Notes: generated by a model from the letters alone, not told the origin. A DNA stretch of 64,000 nt from Macrostomum hystrix (GCA_950097015.1 CATNEN010000031.1:2232001-2296000), one strand, 5' to 3'; positions 22,801-35,600 are shown, counted from the stretch's first letter. Program-made: numbers and translations.

Positions 22801-25800
22801 CAGAATGTTCCCACGTGGTGCAACAGCACATGCACTTTTGGGGAAATTGGCAAACCGAGCAGCTCGTATGTGGCCTTGAACTGCGCGATTCGGTCCTGGA
22901 AATCCGCGTGCAGTTCGGAGCCAAAGCAGCTGCTGACTACTGCATCAAAGCTCACCAGACAGGAGCCGTAGTGCTTCAGTTGCCGCGGCAGGCAATTCTG
23001 AAGCTCGGCATATCGTCGAAGCAGAGTGCGACACGCGTTTCCCTCCATGCTGCCGCCGCGGTATCCTACACGCACAATGCTACGATCATGCGCCCACTGA
23101 TAAGCGCAGTTGTCACCCCACGCCGTGTTCAAAGCATCGAAAATGCGATTTGTGATGCCAAGCATCAGGTGCAGCTCTGGTGGAGGCAGAATGAAGAGAA
23201 TTTCTGCGTCATCATCTGCCTGAAGCAGAGGAGCCTCGACGCAGTTGAAGAAATCCTTTGCAGTGTTTCGCACCTTGCCACTGCTGGCGAAATCCAGCGC
23301 CAGCTGCCGAATTCTGCCGATTGTCCGCACTGGACCGCAAGTGTCTAGCGGAACTGGAGTCTCGCAGTAGCAGCATGGATGCCTGGACGCATGCGATTGC
23401 AGTCCACAGATGAGATTGGCAACTTTCATATCGGCGGCTACTGCATTCACTGTGATGCCTCCAAGGCTCAAGAGCTGGAAGAGTGCCTTTATATTGTCGT
23501 AAGACTCGGCCATGTCGGGCACAGCAGCAAGCAGCAGCAGCTTCTTGACTCCAGAATCGGCAAAAAATTTGTGCTTGGTCGACTGATTTGGTTCGCTCTC
23601 ACTTCGAGGTAGTAAGCTGACACAGATCTTGAAGAACTCGCCACCTCCGTCAAGTCCAAGCTTCACATCGATATTGTCGTGACCTCTTTCAAAAGCAACC
23701 TTTTCGATTAAGCCTTGAACATCATTGCAAACGACAGCAATTTTTGAACCTTCGCTATCCACTTTCAGTAGACTGTGCACAAAAAAATCTTCCAGATGCC
23801 GACTTCTTACTGCGAGACTCGCTCCCAAGTTCGATTGTACAGCCTTTACTGTGCCGGCTCCCATCCGCAAGATGCTAGCCGCTCGTAGAGTTTGCCTGTT
23901 GCTCAGATTGAGTGCGACTTTCAGTTGAAGCATCGTGGCTGTGGTCGCTTGAGCCAATTGTCCTGAGCTGCTGGCTGCTTCCACACAGTGACCCACAGTG
24001 ACAGCCAGAGGCCTGCCTCCATGTGGTCTTTTCAAAGTCACTGTGCTAGATCCGGCTGCTTGCAGCTTGGCAGCGATTGCGGTGCTGGCCACTTGCTCTG
24101 TCGTTCCAGGGCTCAGCTGGGTGCTCAAGTTAATCAGCCGCGTCGCCTTGTTGCAGCGATGAGTCTTTCCTTTACCAATGGGCGAGTGGCAGCCAGAACA
24201 CAGCCGTTCAGGAGTCTGAGGTGCATCGCCGCAAGATGATGGTCGGCCCCTCGTACAGTTTGGCGAACTAGTTGCATAGATACTGCATGGATCTGAGTTT
24301 TTGTGCAGGTTGCTGCGAGCAATCCTGCAGATCTCACATGGGCAGTCGGGCTGTGATCTTCTGCTGACTGGGATGCTGCTCAAGTCTTATAGCATTTGCT
24401 CGTAGAGAAGTCTTGGCGGCAAAGGACGAGGCGATGGGCCAGCTAGCGAAGACACGATTCGGCGACAGCCCTCACACACTCCAGCAGGAAGAAAATGCTG
24501 CACAGATGAGAAGTTTGGCAGGATGTAGTGCTCAATCGCTGCTGCATCGTTTACACAGCGCTCAGCCTTGCGTAGGCAAAGCAGGCACACACTACGAAGG
24601 CACTCATCGTGGCTCTTTGGGCTGTTGGGCATTTTTCTGAATTCGAATAGAACGTTTGAGCTATGCATAGATGCAAGGAACAATTTATGTCACAGGACAG
24701 ACAATATCAGACTTTATTTTCAAGTGAGGTGACTAGCCGCATATGTACAGTGCTTTCTACAACTTTGTACACTGCCATATCACATCTGTGATGCATTACA
24801 CAAAAGTCATGATACAATCTCAGCAGTCAATATTTATTGTACTTTTTCCTGCCGTCCCTAATCAAAACTAAATACTCTGTGCGTTGCAGGATCAGCATCT
24901 ATCTAATGCTGATATCTATTCTTGTTTTCAGCTTGTGCGCAGTGAGGCTCCAGTGCCAATTTTAATGATTGCATCGGAGCCAGTTTTGATAACGAACTGA
25001 TAAGAACTCACAGGGAGGCTACCCAGAGGGTAGCGAAGGCAGCTAGTCCTTCCTATATACTAAAATTCAAAACTATATTTCTATCTATATCATTGTACAA
25101 AGCCAGAACTTTGAGAATTCATTTTATAAGGCTGATTTCTGCACCCACTAACCAACAGTCGGAATAGCCGATGTGTAGGCACTAGGAATAGGTTAGGCTA
25201 GGCGAGGCGAAGTGTCCCTGGTTCGACTCTGCACTGCGTCAAATCATTTAAACTAATAGTCAGCCAGTAGTGATCAAAGATTATTTTAATTTTCTTTTCA
25301 ATTCGTAAATAAAATATCATTTTATTTGATATTCAAACCAGAGTTTGAATTCAAAACTATATTTCTATCTATATATATATACGAAAAATTGATTTTCTCC
25401 CGAACGGCTCAACCGATTTTCACCATTTCTTCACCAAAAGATGCCAAATATGGGGACAATTATACACGTATTTTTATTAAGCTTAACTTTATTGCTAAGG
25501 GGATTAAATATTCGAAAAACATGATTTTTCAAAGGTCAAACCATCTTGGCCTATTGAGAATTTCACTGACAGCCACTGAGTTAGAATTGCATCGTCGAAT
25601 TGCGCAACAACCCCTAGCTGATTGAATTTGAAGCCTGCACTCTGGAGACAAATTAGAAATAAATGTACACAACCAACCGCGAGACTGAGTGTACTCTATT
25701 TTCTTACTTCATTGTACAAAGCCAGAACTTTGAAAATTCATTTTATAAGGCAGATTTTTGCACCCACTAACCAACAGTCGGAATAGCCGATGTGTAGGCA

Positions 25801-28800
25801 CCAGGAATAAGTTAGGCTAGGCTAGGGTTCGATTCTGCACTGCGTCAAATCATTTAGACTAATTTTCAGCCAGTAGTGATTGAAGATTATTTTAATTTAT
25901 TTTTTTCATTTCGTAAATAAAAAATCATAAATCATAGCAAATCTGAGTTTGAATCATGGCTAAACCAGATTTTGAATCATGGCTAAATCAGAGTTTGAAT
26001 CATGGCAAAGCCAGAGTTTGAATCATGGCTAACCCAGAGTTTGAATCATGGCTAAACCAGAGTTTGAATCATGGTAAAGCCAGAGTTTGAATCATAGCTA
26101 ACTAGAGTTTGAATCAAGGCTAAACCAGAGTTTGAATCATGGCTAAACCAGAGTCTGAATCATGGCTAAACCAGGGTTTGAATCATAGCTAAACCAGAGT
26201 CTGAATCATGGCTAACCCAGAGTTTGAATCATGGCTAAACCAGAGTTTGAATCATGGTAAAGCCAGAGTTTGAATCATAGCTAACTAGAGTTTGAATCAA
26301 GGCTAAACCAGAGTTTGAATCATGGCTAAACCAGAGTCTGAATCATGGCTAAACCAGGGTTTGAATGAAGGCAAAAAAATTTTTTTGTCATTGTATCGAA
26401 TTCTCTAACTTTTGATTTTGTTATCTTATAACATCATAATGATATTCAATTAATTCATTTATTTGTTGTTCTCAATTTTCTACAAAAGCAGCTAATATAA
26501 ATATTCAACTGGCAAAAATTGTCAACTGAGGATCATTATCAATAGGGAGTAATCATCAAATGAGGGATCATGGTCAACTGGGGGATCATCATCAATGGGG
26601 ATTGTCATCAAATCTGGGATCATGGTCAACTGGGGGATCATCATCAATGGGGATTGTCATCAAATCTGGGATCATTGTCAACTGGGGGATCATTGTCAAC
26701 GGGGGGAACATTGTCAACTGGGGATCATCATCAATGGGGATTATCATCAAATCGGGGATCATGGTCAAATGGGGGATCATCATCAACTGGGGGATCATTG
26801 TCAACGGGGGGAACATTGTCAACTGGGGATCATCATCAATGGGGATTGTCATCAAATCTGGGATCATTGTCAACTGGGGGATCATTGTCAACGGGGGGAA
26901 CATTGTCAACTGGGGGATCATTGTCAACTGGGGATCATCATCAATGGGGATTATCATCAAATAGGGGATCATGGTCAACTGGGGGATCATGGTCAACTGG
27001 GGGATCATGGTCAACTGGGGGATCATTGTCAACTGGGGATCATTGTCATCTGGGGATCATTTTCAACTGGGGATCATTGTCAACGGGGGGAACATTGTCA
27101 ACTGGTGATCATCATCAATGGGGATTATCATCAAATAGGGAATCATGGTCAACTGGGGGATCATGGTCAACTGGGGGATCATGGTCAACTGGGGGATCAT
27201 TGTCATCTGGGGGATCATTTTCAACTGGGGGATCATTGTCTACTGGGGATCATGGTCAACTGGGGATCATTGTCAACTGGGGGATCATTGTTAACTGGGG
27301 GATCATTGTCAACTGGGGTATCATTGCCAACTGGGGGATCAATCTCATCTGGGGGATCAATGTCATCTGGGGGATCATTGTAGCTTTAAAAAGCTGTAAA
27401 TTCAGCTGCTTAAAAGTATATACTAGACGAATTAAAATTATTTCTGCTCCCCGAAGGGGGGCAAAACTTGCTAGTATATATACGAAAAATTGATTTTCTC
27501 CCGAACGGCTCAACCGATTTTCACCATTTCTTCACCAAAAGATGCCAAATATGGGGACAATTATACACGTATTTTTATTAAGCTTAACTTTATTGCTAAG
27601 GGGATTAAATATTCGAAAAACATGATTTTTCAAAGGTCAAACCATCTTGGCCTATTGAGAATTTCACTGACAGCCACTGAGTTAGAATTGCATCGTCGAA
27701 TTGCGCAACAACCCCTAGCTGATTGAATTTGAAGCCTGCACTCTGGAGACAAATTAGAAATAAATGTACACAACCAACCGCGAGACTGAGTGTACTCTAT
27801 TTTCTTACTTCATTGTACAAAGCCAGAACTTTGAAAATTCATTTTATAAGGCAGATTTTTGCACCCACTAACCAACAGTCGGAATAGCCGATGTGTAGGC
27901 ACCAGGAATAAGTTAGGCTAGGCTAGGGTTCGATTCTGCACTGCGTCAAATCATTTAGACTAATTTTCAGCCAGTAGTGATTGAAGATTATTTTAATTTA
28001 TTTTTTTCATTTCGTAAATAAAAAATCATAAATCATAGCAAATCTGAGTTTGAATCATGGCTAAACCAGATTTTGAATCATGGCTAAATCAGAGTTTGAA
28101 TCATGGCAAAGCCAGAGTTTGAATCATGGCTAACCCAGAGTTTGAATCATGGCTAAACCAGAGTTTGAATCATGGTAAAGCCAGAGTTTGAATCATAGCT
28201 AACTAGAGTTTGAATCAAGGCTAAACCAGAGTTTGAATCATGGCTAAACCAGAGTCTGAATCATGGCTAAACCAGGGTTTGAATCATAGCTAAACCAGAG
28301 TCTGAATCATGGCTAACCCAGAGTTTGAATCATGGCTAAACCAGAGTTTGAATCATGGTAAAGCCAGAGTTTGAATCATAGCTAACTAGAGTTTGAATCA
28401 AGGCTAAACCAGAGTTTGAATCATGGCTAAACCAGAGTCTGAATCATGGCTAAACCAGGGTTTGAATGAAGGCAAAAAATTTTTTTTGTCATTGTATCGA
28501 ATTCTCTAACTTTTGATTTTGTTATCTTATAACATCATAATGATATTCAATTAATTCATTTATTTGTTGTTCTCAATTTTCTACAAAAGCAGCTAATATA
28601 AATATTCAACTGGCAAAAATTGTCAACTGAGGATCATTATCAATAGGGAGTAATCATCAAATGAGGGATCATGGTCAACTGGGGGATCATCATCAATGGG
28701 GATTGTCATCAAATCTGGGATCATGGTCAACTGGGGGATCATCATCAATGGGGATTGTCATCAAATCTGGGATCATTGTCAACTGGGGGATCATTGTCAA

Positions 28801-31800
28801 CGGGGGGAACATTGTCAACTGGGGATCATCATCAATGGGGATTATCATCAAATCGGGGATCATGGTCAAATGGGGGATCATCATCAACTGGGGGATCATT
28901 GTCAACGGGGGGAACATTGTCAACTGGGGATCATCATCAATGGGGATTGTCATCAAATCTGGGATCATTGTCAACTGGGGGATCATTGTCAACGGGGGGA
29001 ACATTGTCAACTGGGGGATCATTGTCAACTGGGGATCATCATCAATGGGGATTATCATCAAATAGGGGATCATGGTCAACTGGGGGATCATGGTCAACTG
29101 GGGGATCATGGTCAACTGGGGGATCATTGTCAACTGGGGATCATTGTCATCTGGGGATCATTTTCAACTGGGGATCATTGTCAACGGGGGGAACATTGTC
29201 AACTGGTGATCATCATCAATGGGGATTATCATCAAATAGGGAATCATGGTCAACTGGGGGATCATGGTCAACTGGGGGATCATGGTCAACTGGGGGATCA
29301 TTGTCATCTGGGGGATCATTTTCAACTGGGGGATCATTGTCTACTGGGGATCATGGTCAACTGGGGATCATTGTCAACTGGGGGATCATTGTTAACTGGG
29401 GGATCATTGTCAACTGGGGTATCATTGCCAACTGGGGGATCAATCTCATCTGGGGGATCAATGTCATCTGGGGGATCATTGTAGCTTTAAAAAGCTGTAA
29501 ATTCAGCTGCTTAAAAGTATATACTAGACGAATTAAAATTATTTCTGCTCCCCGAAGGGGGGCAAAACTTGCTAAGTATATATACGAAAAATTGATTTTC
29601 TCCCGAACGGCTCAACCGATTTTCACCATTTCTTCACCAAAAGATGCCAAATATGGGGACAATTATACACGTATTTTTATTAAGCTTAACTTTATTGCTA
29701 AGGGGATTAAATATTCGAAAAACATGATTTTTCAAAGGTCAAACCATCTTGGCCTATTGAGAATTTCACTGACAGCCACTGAGTTAGAATTGCATCGTCG
29801 AATTGCGCAACAACCCCTAGCTGATTGAATTTGAAGCCTGCACTCTGGAGACAAATTAGAAATAAATGTACACAACCAACCGCGAGACTGAGTGTACTCT
29901 ATTTTCTTACTTCATTGTACAAAGCCAGAACTTTGAAAATTCATTTTATAAGGCAGATTTTTGCACCCACTAACCAACAGTCGGAATAGCCGATGTGTAG
30001 GCACCAGGAATAAGTTAGGCTAGGCTAGGGTTCGATTCTGCACTGCGTCAAATCATTTAGACTAATTTTCAGCCAGTAGTGATTGAAGATTATTTTAATT
30101 TATTTTTTTCATTTCGTAAATAAAAAATCATAAATCATAGCAAATCTGAGTTTGAATCATGGCTAAACCAGATTTTGAATCATGGCTAAATCAGAGTTTG
30201 AATCATGGCAAAGCCAGAGTTTGAATCATGGCTAACCCAGAGTTTGAATTCATGGCTAAACCAGAGTTTGAATCATGGTAAAGCCAGAGTTTGAATCATA
30301 GCTAACTAGAGTTTGAATCAAGGCTAAACCAGAGTTTGAATCATGGCTAAACCAGAGTCTGAATCATGGCTAAACCAGGGTTTGAATCATAGCTAAACCA
30401 GAGTCTGAATCATGGCTAACCCAGAGTTTGAATCATGGCTAAACCAGAGTTTGAATCATGGTAAAGCCAGAGTTTGAATCATAGCTAACTAGAGTTTGAA
30501 TCAAGGCTAAACCAGAGTTTGAATCATGGCTAAACCAGAGTCTGAATCATGGCTAAACCAGGGTTTGAATGAAGGCAAAAAATTTTTTTTGTCATTGTAT
30601 CGAATTCTCTAACTTTTGATTTTGTTATCTTATAACATCATAATGATATTCAATTAATTCATTTATTTGTTGTTCTCAATTTTCTACAAAAGCAGCTAAT
30701 ATAAATATTCAACTGGCAAAAATTGTCAACTGAGGATCATTATCAATAGGGAGTAATCATCAAATGAGGGATCATGGTCAACTGGGGGATCATCATCAAT
30801 GGGGATTGTCATCAAATCTGGGATCATGGTCAACTGGGGGATCATCATCAATGGGGATTGTCATCAAATCTGGGATCATTGTCAACTGGGGGATCATTGT
30901 CAACGGGGGGAACATTGTCAACTGGGGATCATCATCAATGGGGATTATCATCAAATCGGGGATCATGGTCAAATGGGGGATCATCATCAACTGGGGGATC
31001 ATTGTCAACGGGGGGAACATTGTCAACTGGGGATCATCATCAATGGGGATTGTCATCAAATCTGGGATCATTGTCAACTGGGGGATCATTGTCAACGGGG
31101 GGAACATTGTCAACTGGGGGATCATTGTCAACTGGGGATCATCATCAATGGGGATTATCATCAAATAGGGGATCATGGTCAACTGGGGGATCATGGTCAA
31201 CTGGGGGATCATGGTCAACTGGGGGATCATTGTCAACTGGGGATCATTGTCATCTGGGGATCATTTTCAACTGGGGATCATTGTCAACGGGGGGAACATT
31301 GTCAACTGGTGATCATCATCAATGGGGATTATCATCAAATAGGGAATCATGGTCAACTGGGGGATCATGGTCAACTGGGGGATCATGGTCAACTGGGGGA
31401 TCATTGTCATCTGGGGGATCATTTTCAACTGGGGGATCATTGTCTACTGGGGATCATGGTCAACTGGGGATCATTGTCAACTGGGGGATCATTGTTAACT
31501 GGGGGATCATTGTCAACTGGGGTATCATTGCCAACTGGGGGATCAATCTCATCTGGGGGATCAATGTCATCTGGGGGATCATTGTAGCTTTAAAAAGCTG
31601 TAAATTCAGCTGCTTAAAAGTATATACTAGACGAATTAAAATTATTTCTGCTCCCCGAAGGGGGGCAAAACTTGCTAGTAAAATACTAAAAAGATGGGAA
31701 TGCTTCATTTTTCGTTGCAACTTCACAATAAAGGACCTGTTTAAGCTGAATAAAATAAAAAGTCTGTTGTACGCTAGGACAAGCACTTACGATTTAAAAA

Positions 31801-32666
31801 AAACCTGTTCTGGGTATACGAGGTGCTCTGGTATATGGTTTACAAAATCAGTTTCTTGGGCAATTTTTTGTGTCATTTTGACTTCCCATGAGCACTGTGC
31901 CGCCCTACAAATTGAACATTAAGACAGCCAGCCCTACAAACTGAACATTAAGACAGCCAGCCCTACAAACTGAACATTAAGACAGCCAGCCCTACAAACT
32001 GAACATTAAGACAGCCAGCCCTACAAACTGAACATTAAGACAGCCAGCCCTAAAAACTGAACATTAAGACAGCCAGCCCTAAAAACTGAACATTAAAACA
32101 GCCAGCCCTACAAACTGAACATTAAGACAGCCAGCCCTACAAACTGAGCATTAAAACAGCCAGCACTACAAACTGAACATTAAGACAGCCAGCCCTACAA
32201 ACTGAACATTAAGACAGCCAGCACTACAAACTGAAACTTGAGTCTTTAAATTGACAGCTAGCACTACAATCTCACCTTTCAGACACACGCTATCCCAACA
32301 ATTGATCATGCTTTAGAAAGTGGTGCAACAACAGGGGATAACATGACTGCTGCTCTAAAAATGTTCTGCGATGCATGAATGAACAGTGTGACATTGTACC
32401 TGAAGTCTGTCATTGAGTTCGGCAAACTCATTAGGCCCACTTAGAGCTTGAATATCGGCTTTCCTCAGTCCGTCCTTGTCCTCGTAGAGCTCCTTCAGCT
32501 GCCTGCTGACTTCCCGGTGCCTGTCTAGCATGGCCCTAAGTCTGTGATCGCTGTTTACCCGTTCCCTGTGGGTTCGCGGCTGGAATTTCTTCTCCCGGCA
32601 GATTTCGTTGAGTAAGCGCTCTCGCTCCTCATGCAAACGGCGTTGCAACTCTAGCACTGTCTCCAT
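19841..32666 (-). CDS. SF3A3: Splicing factor 3A subunit 3 (SF3a60/Prp9), ~522 aa; exons 32666-32400, 21986-21171, 20326-19841
   Basis: [18 protein letters not shown]...NSDHRLRAM...SGPNEF; [16 protein letters not shown]; [23 protein letters not shown]; [25 protein letters not shown]...CEICGN...[10 protein letters not shown]. Both introns are phase-0 GT-AG. Confidence 0.97.
20365..20682 (-). mobile_element. SINE family A copy in SF3A3 intron 2 (3' end degenerate)
   Basis: Reverse-complement match to the 18506-18877 head and body. Confidence 0.85.
20780..21010. repeat. Degenerate GAGATGAGAC-type minisatellite in SF3A3 intron 2
   Basis: Same motif family as 2670-3390. Confidence 0.7.
22118..22335. 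repeat. 29-bp minisatellite (ACAGCCAGCCCTACAAACTGAACATTAAG)n, left part (split by the transposon)
   Basis: About 7 copies; the array resumes in register at 31900. Confidence 0.95.
22635..24632 (-). pseudogene. Chapaev transposase (~665 codons) with one in-frame TAA at 24389-24387
   Basis: N-terminal H-x7-C-x2-C...C-x2-C...C-x-C-x2-C zinc finger. Catalytic D-x72-D-x~221-E (LGLDGGG, AADMK, FSEQAFE), plus CCYC and HVLLHH zinc ligands and [10 protein letters not shown] and EGNACR motifs. The two track ORFs share one frame, separated by TAA-GAC. Confidence 0.88.
24898..25046 (+). mobile_element. Short Helitron-like piece: 3' hairpin plus CTAG terminus (5' end uncertain)
   Basis: Hairpin GCTACCC-AGA-GGGTAGC (25018-25034), then 8 nt, then CTAG|T at 25043-25047. 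Confidence 0.55.
25368..31678 (+). mobile_element. Head-to-tail trimer of a ~2.1-kb non-autonomous Helitron (25368-27474, 27475-29576, 29577-31678) with internal 23-bp and 18-19-bp minisatellites
   Basis: 5' end A|TCTATATATATATACG...AACGGCTCAACCGATTTT; 3' hairpin GCTCCCC-GAA-GGGGGGC, 8 nt, then CTAG|T. Three near-identical units with a period of 2101-2102 bp and no Rep/helicase ORF. Confidence 0.85.
31900..32237. repeat. 29-bp minisatellite, right part
   Basis: About 11 copies of the same unit as 22118-22335. Confidence 0.95.
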
Positions 32667-35600
32667 GGTAACTAGCTAGATGGGTGCAGTGAGCAGATGG
32701 CTGATATAATTGTATCTGAGATAAGCCACAATCTGAAAAAGTTTTATTGAAGTACACAAGTAAGAAACTTTTTATATTTAGGCTGACAGTAAAGGTAATA
32801 AGCATGTTAATAAAGTAGTGTAGGGCAAGGTGAGCAGATGTATTTATTTACAAGAATATACACACTTACTTATGGTAGATTTTATGCACTTTAAGTTTTT
32901 TCTTTTTTTGGTTTCTTTTCTCAAGTCATAAGACATTCAAATGTCTAACTGCACATTTTTTCTGTATCCTAACCATCCAGAATGCATATATTTAAAGCAG
33001 TGTTTTGCAGTCATTTACACACTTTTGTTTGCTTGGTTAGCATGTGTTTAATTTAGTGACACACATTGGAAGTGAATACTGACATAGTACCATACTGCAC
33101 ATATGTAATATATATCATATGCAAATATTGAATACTGTTGAATATTGTATTGTGTTGTACTTCTATTGTATTGTATTATGCATGGCATTTTTAAAGATTC
33201 TAGGGTGAATATTTCTGTAGCAATTTATGTGCATGCATCCAATAAATTAAAAAAATTAATGAAGCAATAAAGTACATAAGTTTGGAACTAGTCATAGACT
33301 TTAGCCTATGACTTTGACAATAGACTACAAATAGTTTATACTGCTCATTAAGTAGGAAGTCATAAGCACATAAAATAGGACAATAATTCAAAAGAATGAC
33401 ACCAAACTTGTAAGAATTGGTCCAATCAAAACAATTTATGAAAAAAATTTCAAATAAATAATTTATCTGCCCAAATATATATTTTCTAATACACTAGGCC
33501 TACTTCCATAAGAATTTGTGAAAATTCTTGACACTAAAAGGGGCATAACATTTTTCCTTGACTAATTTTAATAAATGAGGCCAATTTGAAACCATGTGAC
33601 CAAGATCTATACAGGTAAGTAACAAAATTAAAAAACTCACTGGAACCCCTACCTTGGCAGTTGACATGGCTAATCTTAGTATAGAATATAATACATTATG
33701 AATAAATACATTATGAATTGTCTTCAACTGAATAAACTTAGCTAGCTAAACCTATGATAAAAGTATTCATTTGAAACCAGAAGTCAGAACAAGGAGAAGT
33801 GACCAAAAGTCTATGCCATATTATTATAGAGTATTAAGTAAAGTAATTACAAGTTTTACAACTTATAAGAATATGATTTTGAGTTAGTCAAAGAGAATTA
33901 AAAATGATGTAGACAAACAGAATTTAACAGACTAACTGAAAAATCGGGCTACTGTAATTACTGTAATGTAATTAGTAAGTCTTGATTATGGAAGTTTAGA
34001 GCAGCAAAATATGACAATCTAATGGTTCAAACAAAGTATAGGTCAGTCGTCATCAGAAGACTAGGCAATAGCTTGAATAGCTCTTTCAATAAAACTTTAA
34101 TTACATTGTTGTGCCTCGGATGTAAAATCAATTCGGTCATTTAAAATGGAGTAACAAATGAGTATATCGTTTTCTCATGTCTGTTGGTGAATTTTATGAG
34201 TTACAATGTTGACTGACAAAAAGATAAATTTTAAAGTCTGAATACGGAGCTTTTCATAATTCAAAACTTGCGCGAGTTCTATGAAATTGTATAACGAGTG
34301 AATACACTAACTACGACGAAAATATATTTGCGCTTTCTAAAAGCTATAAAGTAAAAGGAGTACATTATACATAGGACTACTAAAAAGCACTAAGTAGTAT
34401 TTGAAAAAGTTTCACTAAGCTCGATTTGAGTGTCCTGTGTTGTTTTGTCGTCCTTGGTACATACCAGTCGAGAACTTCAATAACTAAACTAAGGACTTCT
34501 AGGTTAACGAGTGGTCCTTGATTCCATGGTTCAAGCAGGTCCTCACTTAACATATTGGGTTTAACATACTGGTGGCTTGAAGAAGCTACGGTTGAAACAG
34601 TGTAACATTAAATCCAACAGCAGAGCGTATCCTTCTATAGTCAGCGAGGTTGGATGCAATGGGCAGAGGAAAGCTGAGCAATGAGTGCGTTGGGCTCGAT
34701 GTAGGCTGGCTTCGGAGCGATCAATTTCAGGTGGCAGGTGCCCTGCAAGATGCCGAGCTTAAACGTGGTGAACTCTGTCAAAAGCTTTTTTGAGAAAGTG
34801 AGCGACTGCAGGAGGCTGCGATCGGCAGGCTTGCGACAGTTAAGCCCATTGCTGATGAATTGCACAAGATTCGAGAGCATTGGAGGTGTAGAGTGGCTCG
34901 ATCTGAAGCAGTGTTGCTAAGTCAGGTAACGGTAAATGGCGATGGGAAATGAGGGAGCAAATTTTAATTGCTGCAGACAGGATGTGACTGCATGGGAGAT
35001 AGGAGCTGCCAATGCTAACAATAGCGATCATCTCATTGTAATATAAAAAAGCAAAAATTTACTCTCTCCGTAGTGTACTTCTTCGGTAAAAACCAGTCGC
35101 CAAAACTAAAAAAAGACGTATAGTTTCCGTCCTTATCATCCTATTGGTCCTTAGAAAAACCTTAACAAAAATTGACTAAGGAAATACATTTTTGCTAGGC
35201 ATATCTGTTGTCAATACTGCAGCTATGACTCTCTGGACTGCCAGACCATTCTATCAACGATTGTACTTTAATTTCTAATAAAATTAAAAAGAACTCATGC
35301 ATGAAAAAGCCATTTGGGATTAAATTCTGTTTAAATTATAAAACACCAAAACGGTTGCTATAGCTACTAATTAACAACTATGCCGGCAAATCTTGGTTGC
35401 CAAGGTGTCGATTCAACTTATAGAACCATAATTAGCGTAACAAAGGGAATGAAACTGACAAAAATGAGGCAGACGGAATCTAAATGCCCATGATGGACCT
35501 GCGGAATTAGCAATTAGCAATTCGTTTTAGCAATTTAGCAATTACTTTTATCCACTTGACGAGCCATGATAAACTGCGGAATTTTTTTTAAGTTAGTCTA

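Larger units (their letters stand above)
22336..31899 (-). mobile_element. Chapaev-type (CMC/Transib-related) cut-and-paste DNA transposon, 9564 bp including nested Helitrons
   Basis: TIRs of ~180 bp (22336-22517 and 31717-31899; first ~145 bp differ at only ~3 sites) with 5'-CAC...GTG-3' termini, a 4-bp TSD CCGC (22332-22335, 31900-31903) and an internal DDE transposase. Confidence 0.9.

Noticed and set aside
22336-31899. ProtoRAG or RAG1-RAG2 transposon
   Set aside because: There is no RAG2-like kelch/PHD ORF, the TIRs are symmetric, the TSD is 4 bp rather than 5 bp, and the D-D spacing of 72 fits Chapaev.
26560-31922. GDHGQL, STGGS and IPQLTM repeat ORFs in three copies
   Set aside because: They come from a minisatellite inside the non-autonomous Helitron unit and are open in several frames.
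34641-35031. Short GC-richer ORFs upstream of SF3A3
   Set aside because: No recognisable motif, and I could not build a consistent exon chain; a small gene cannot be excluded.
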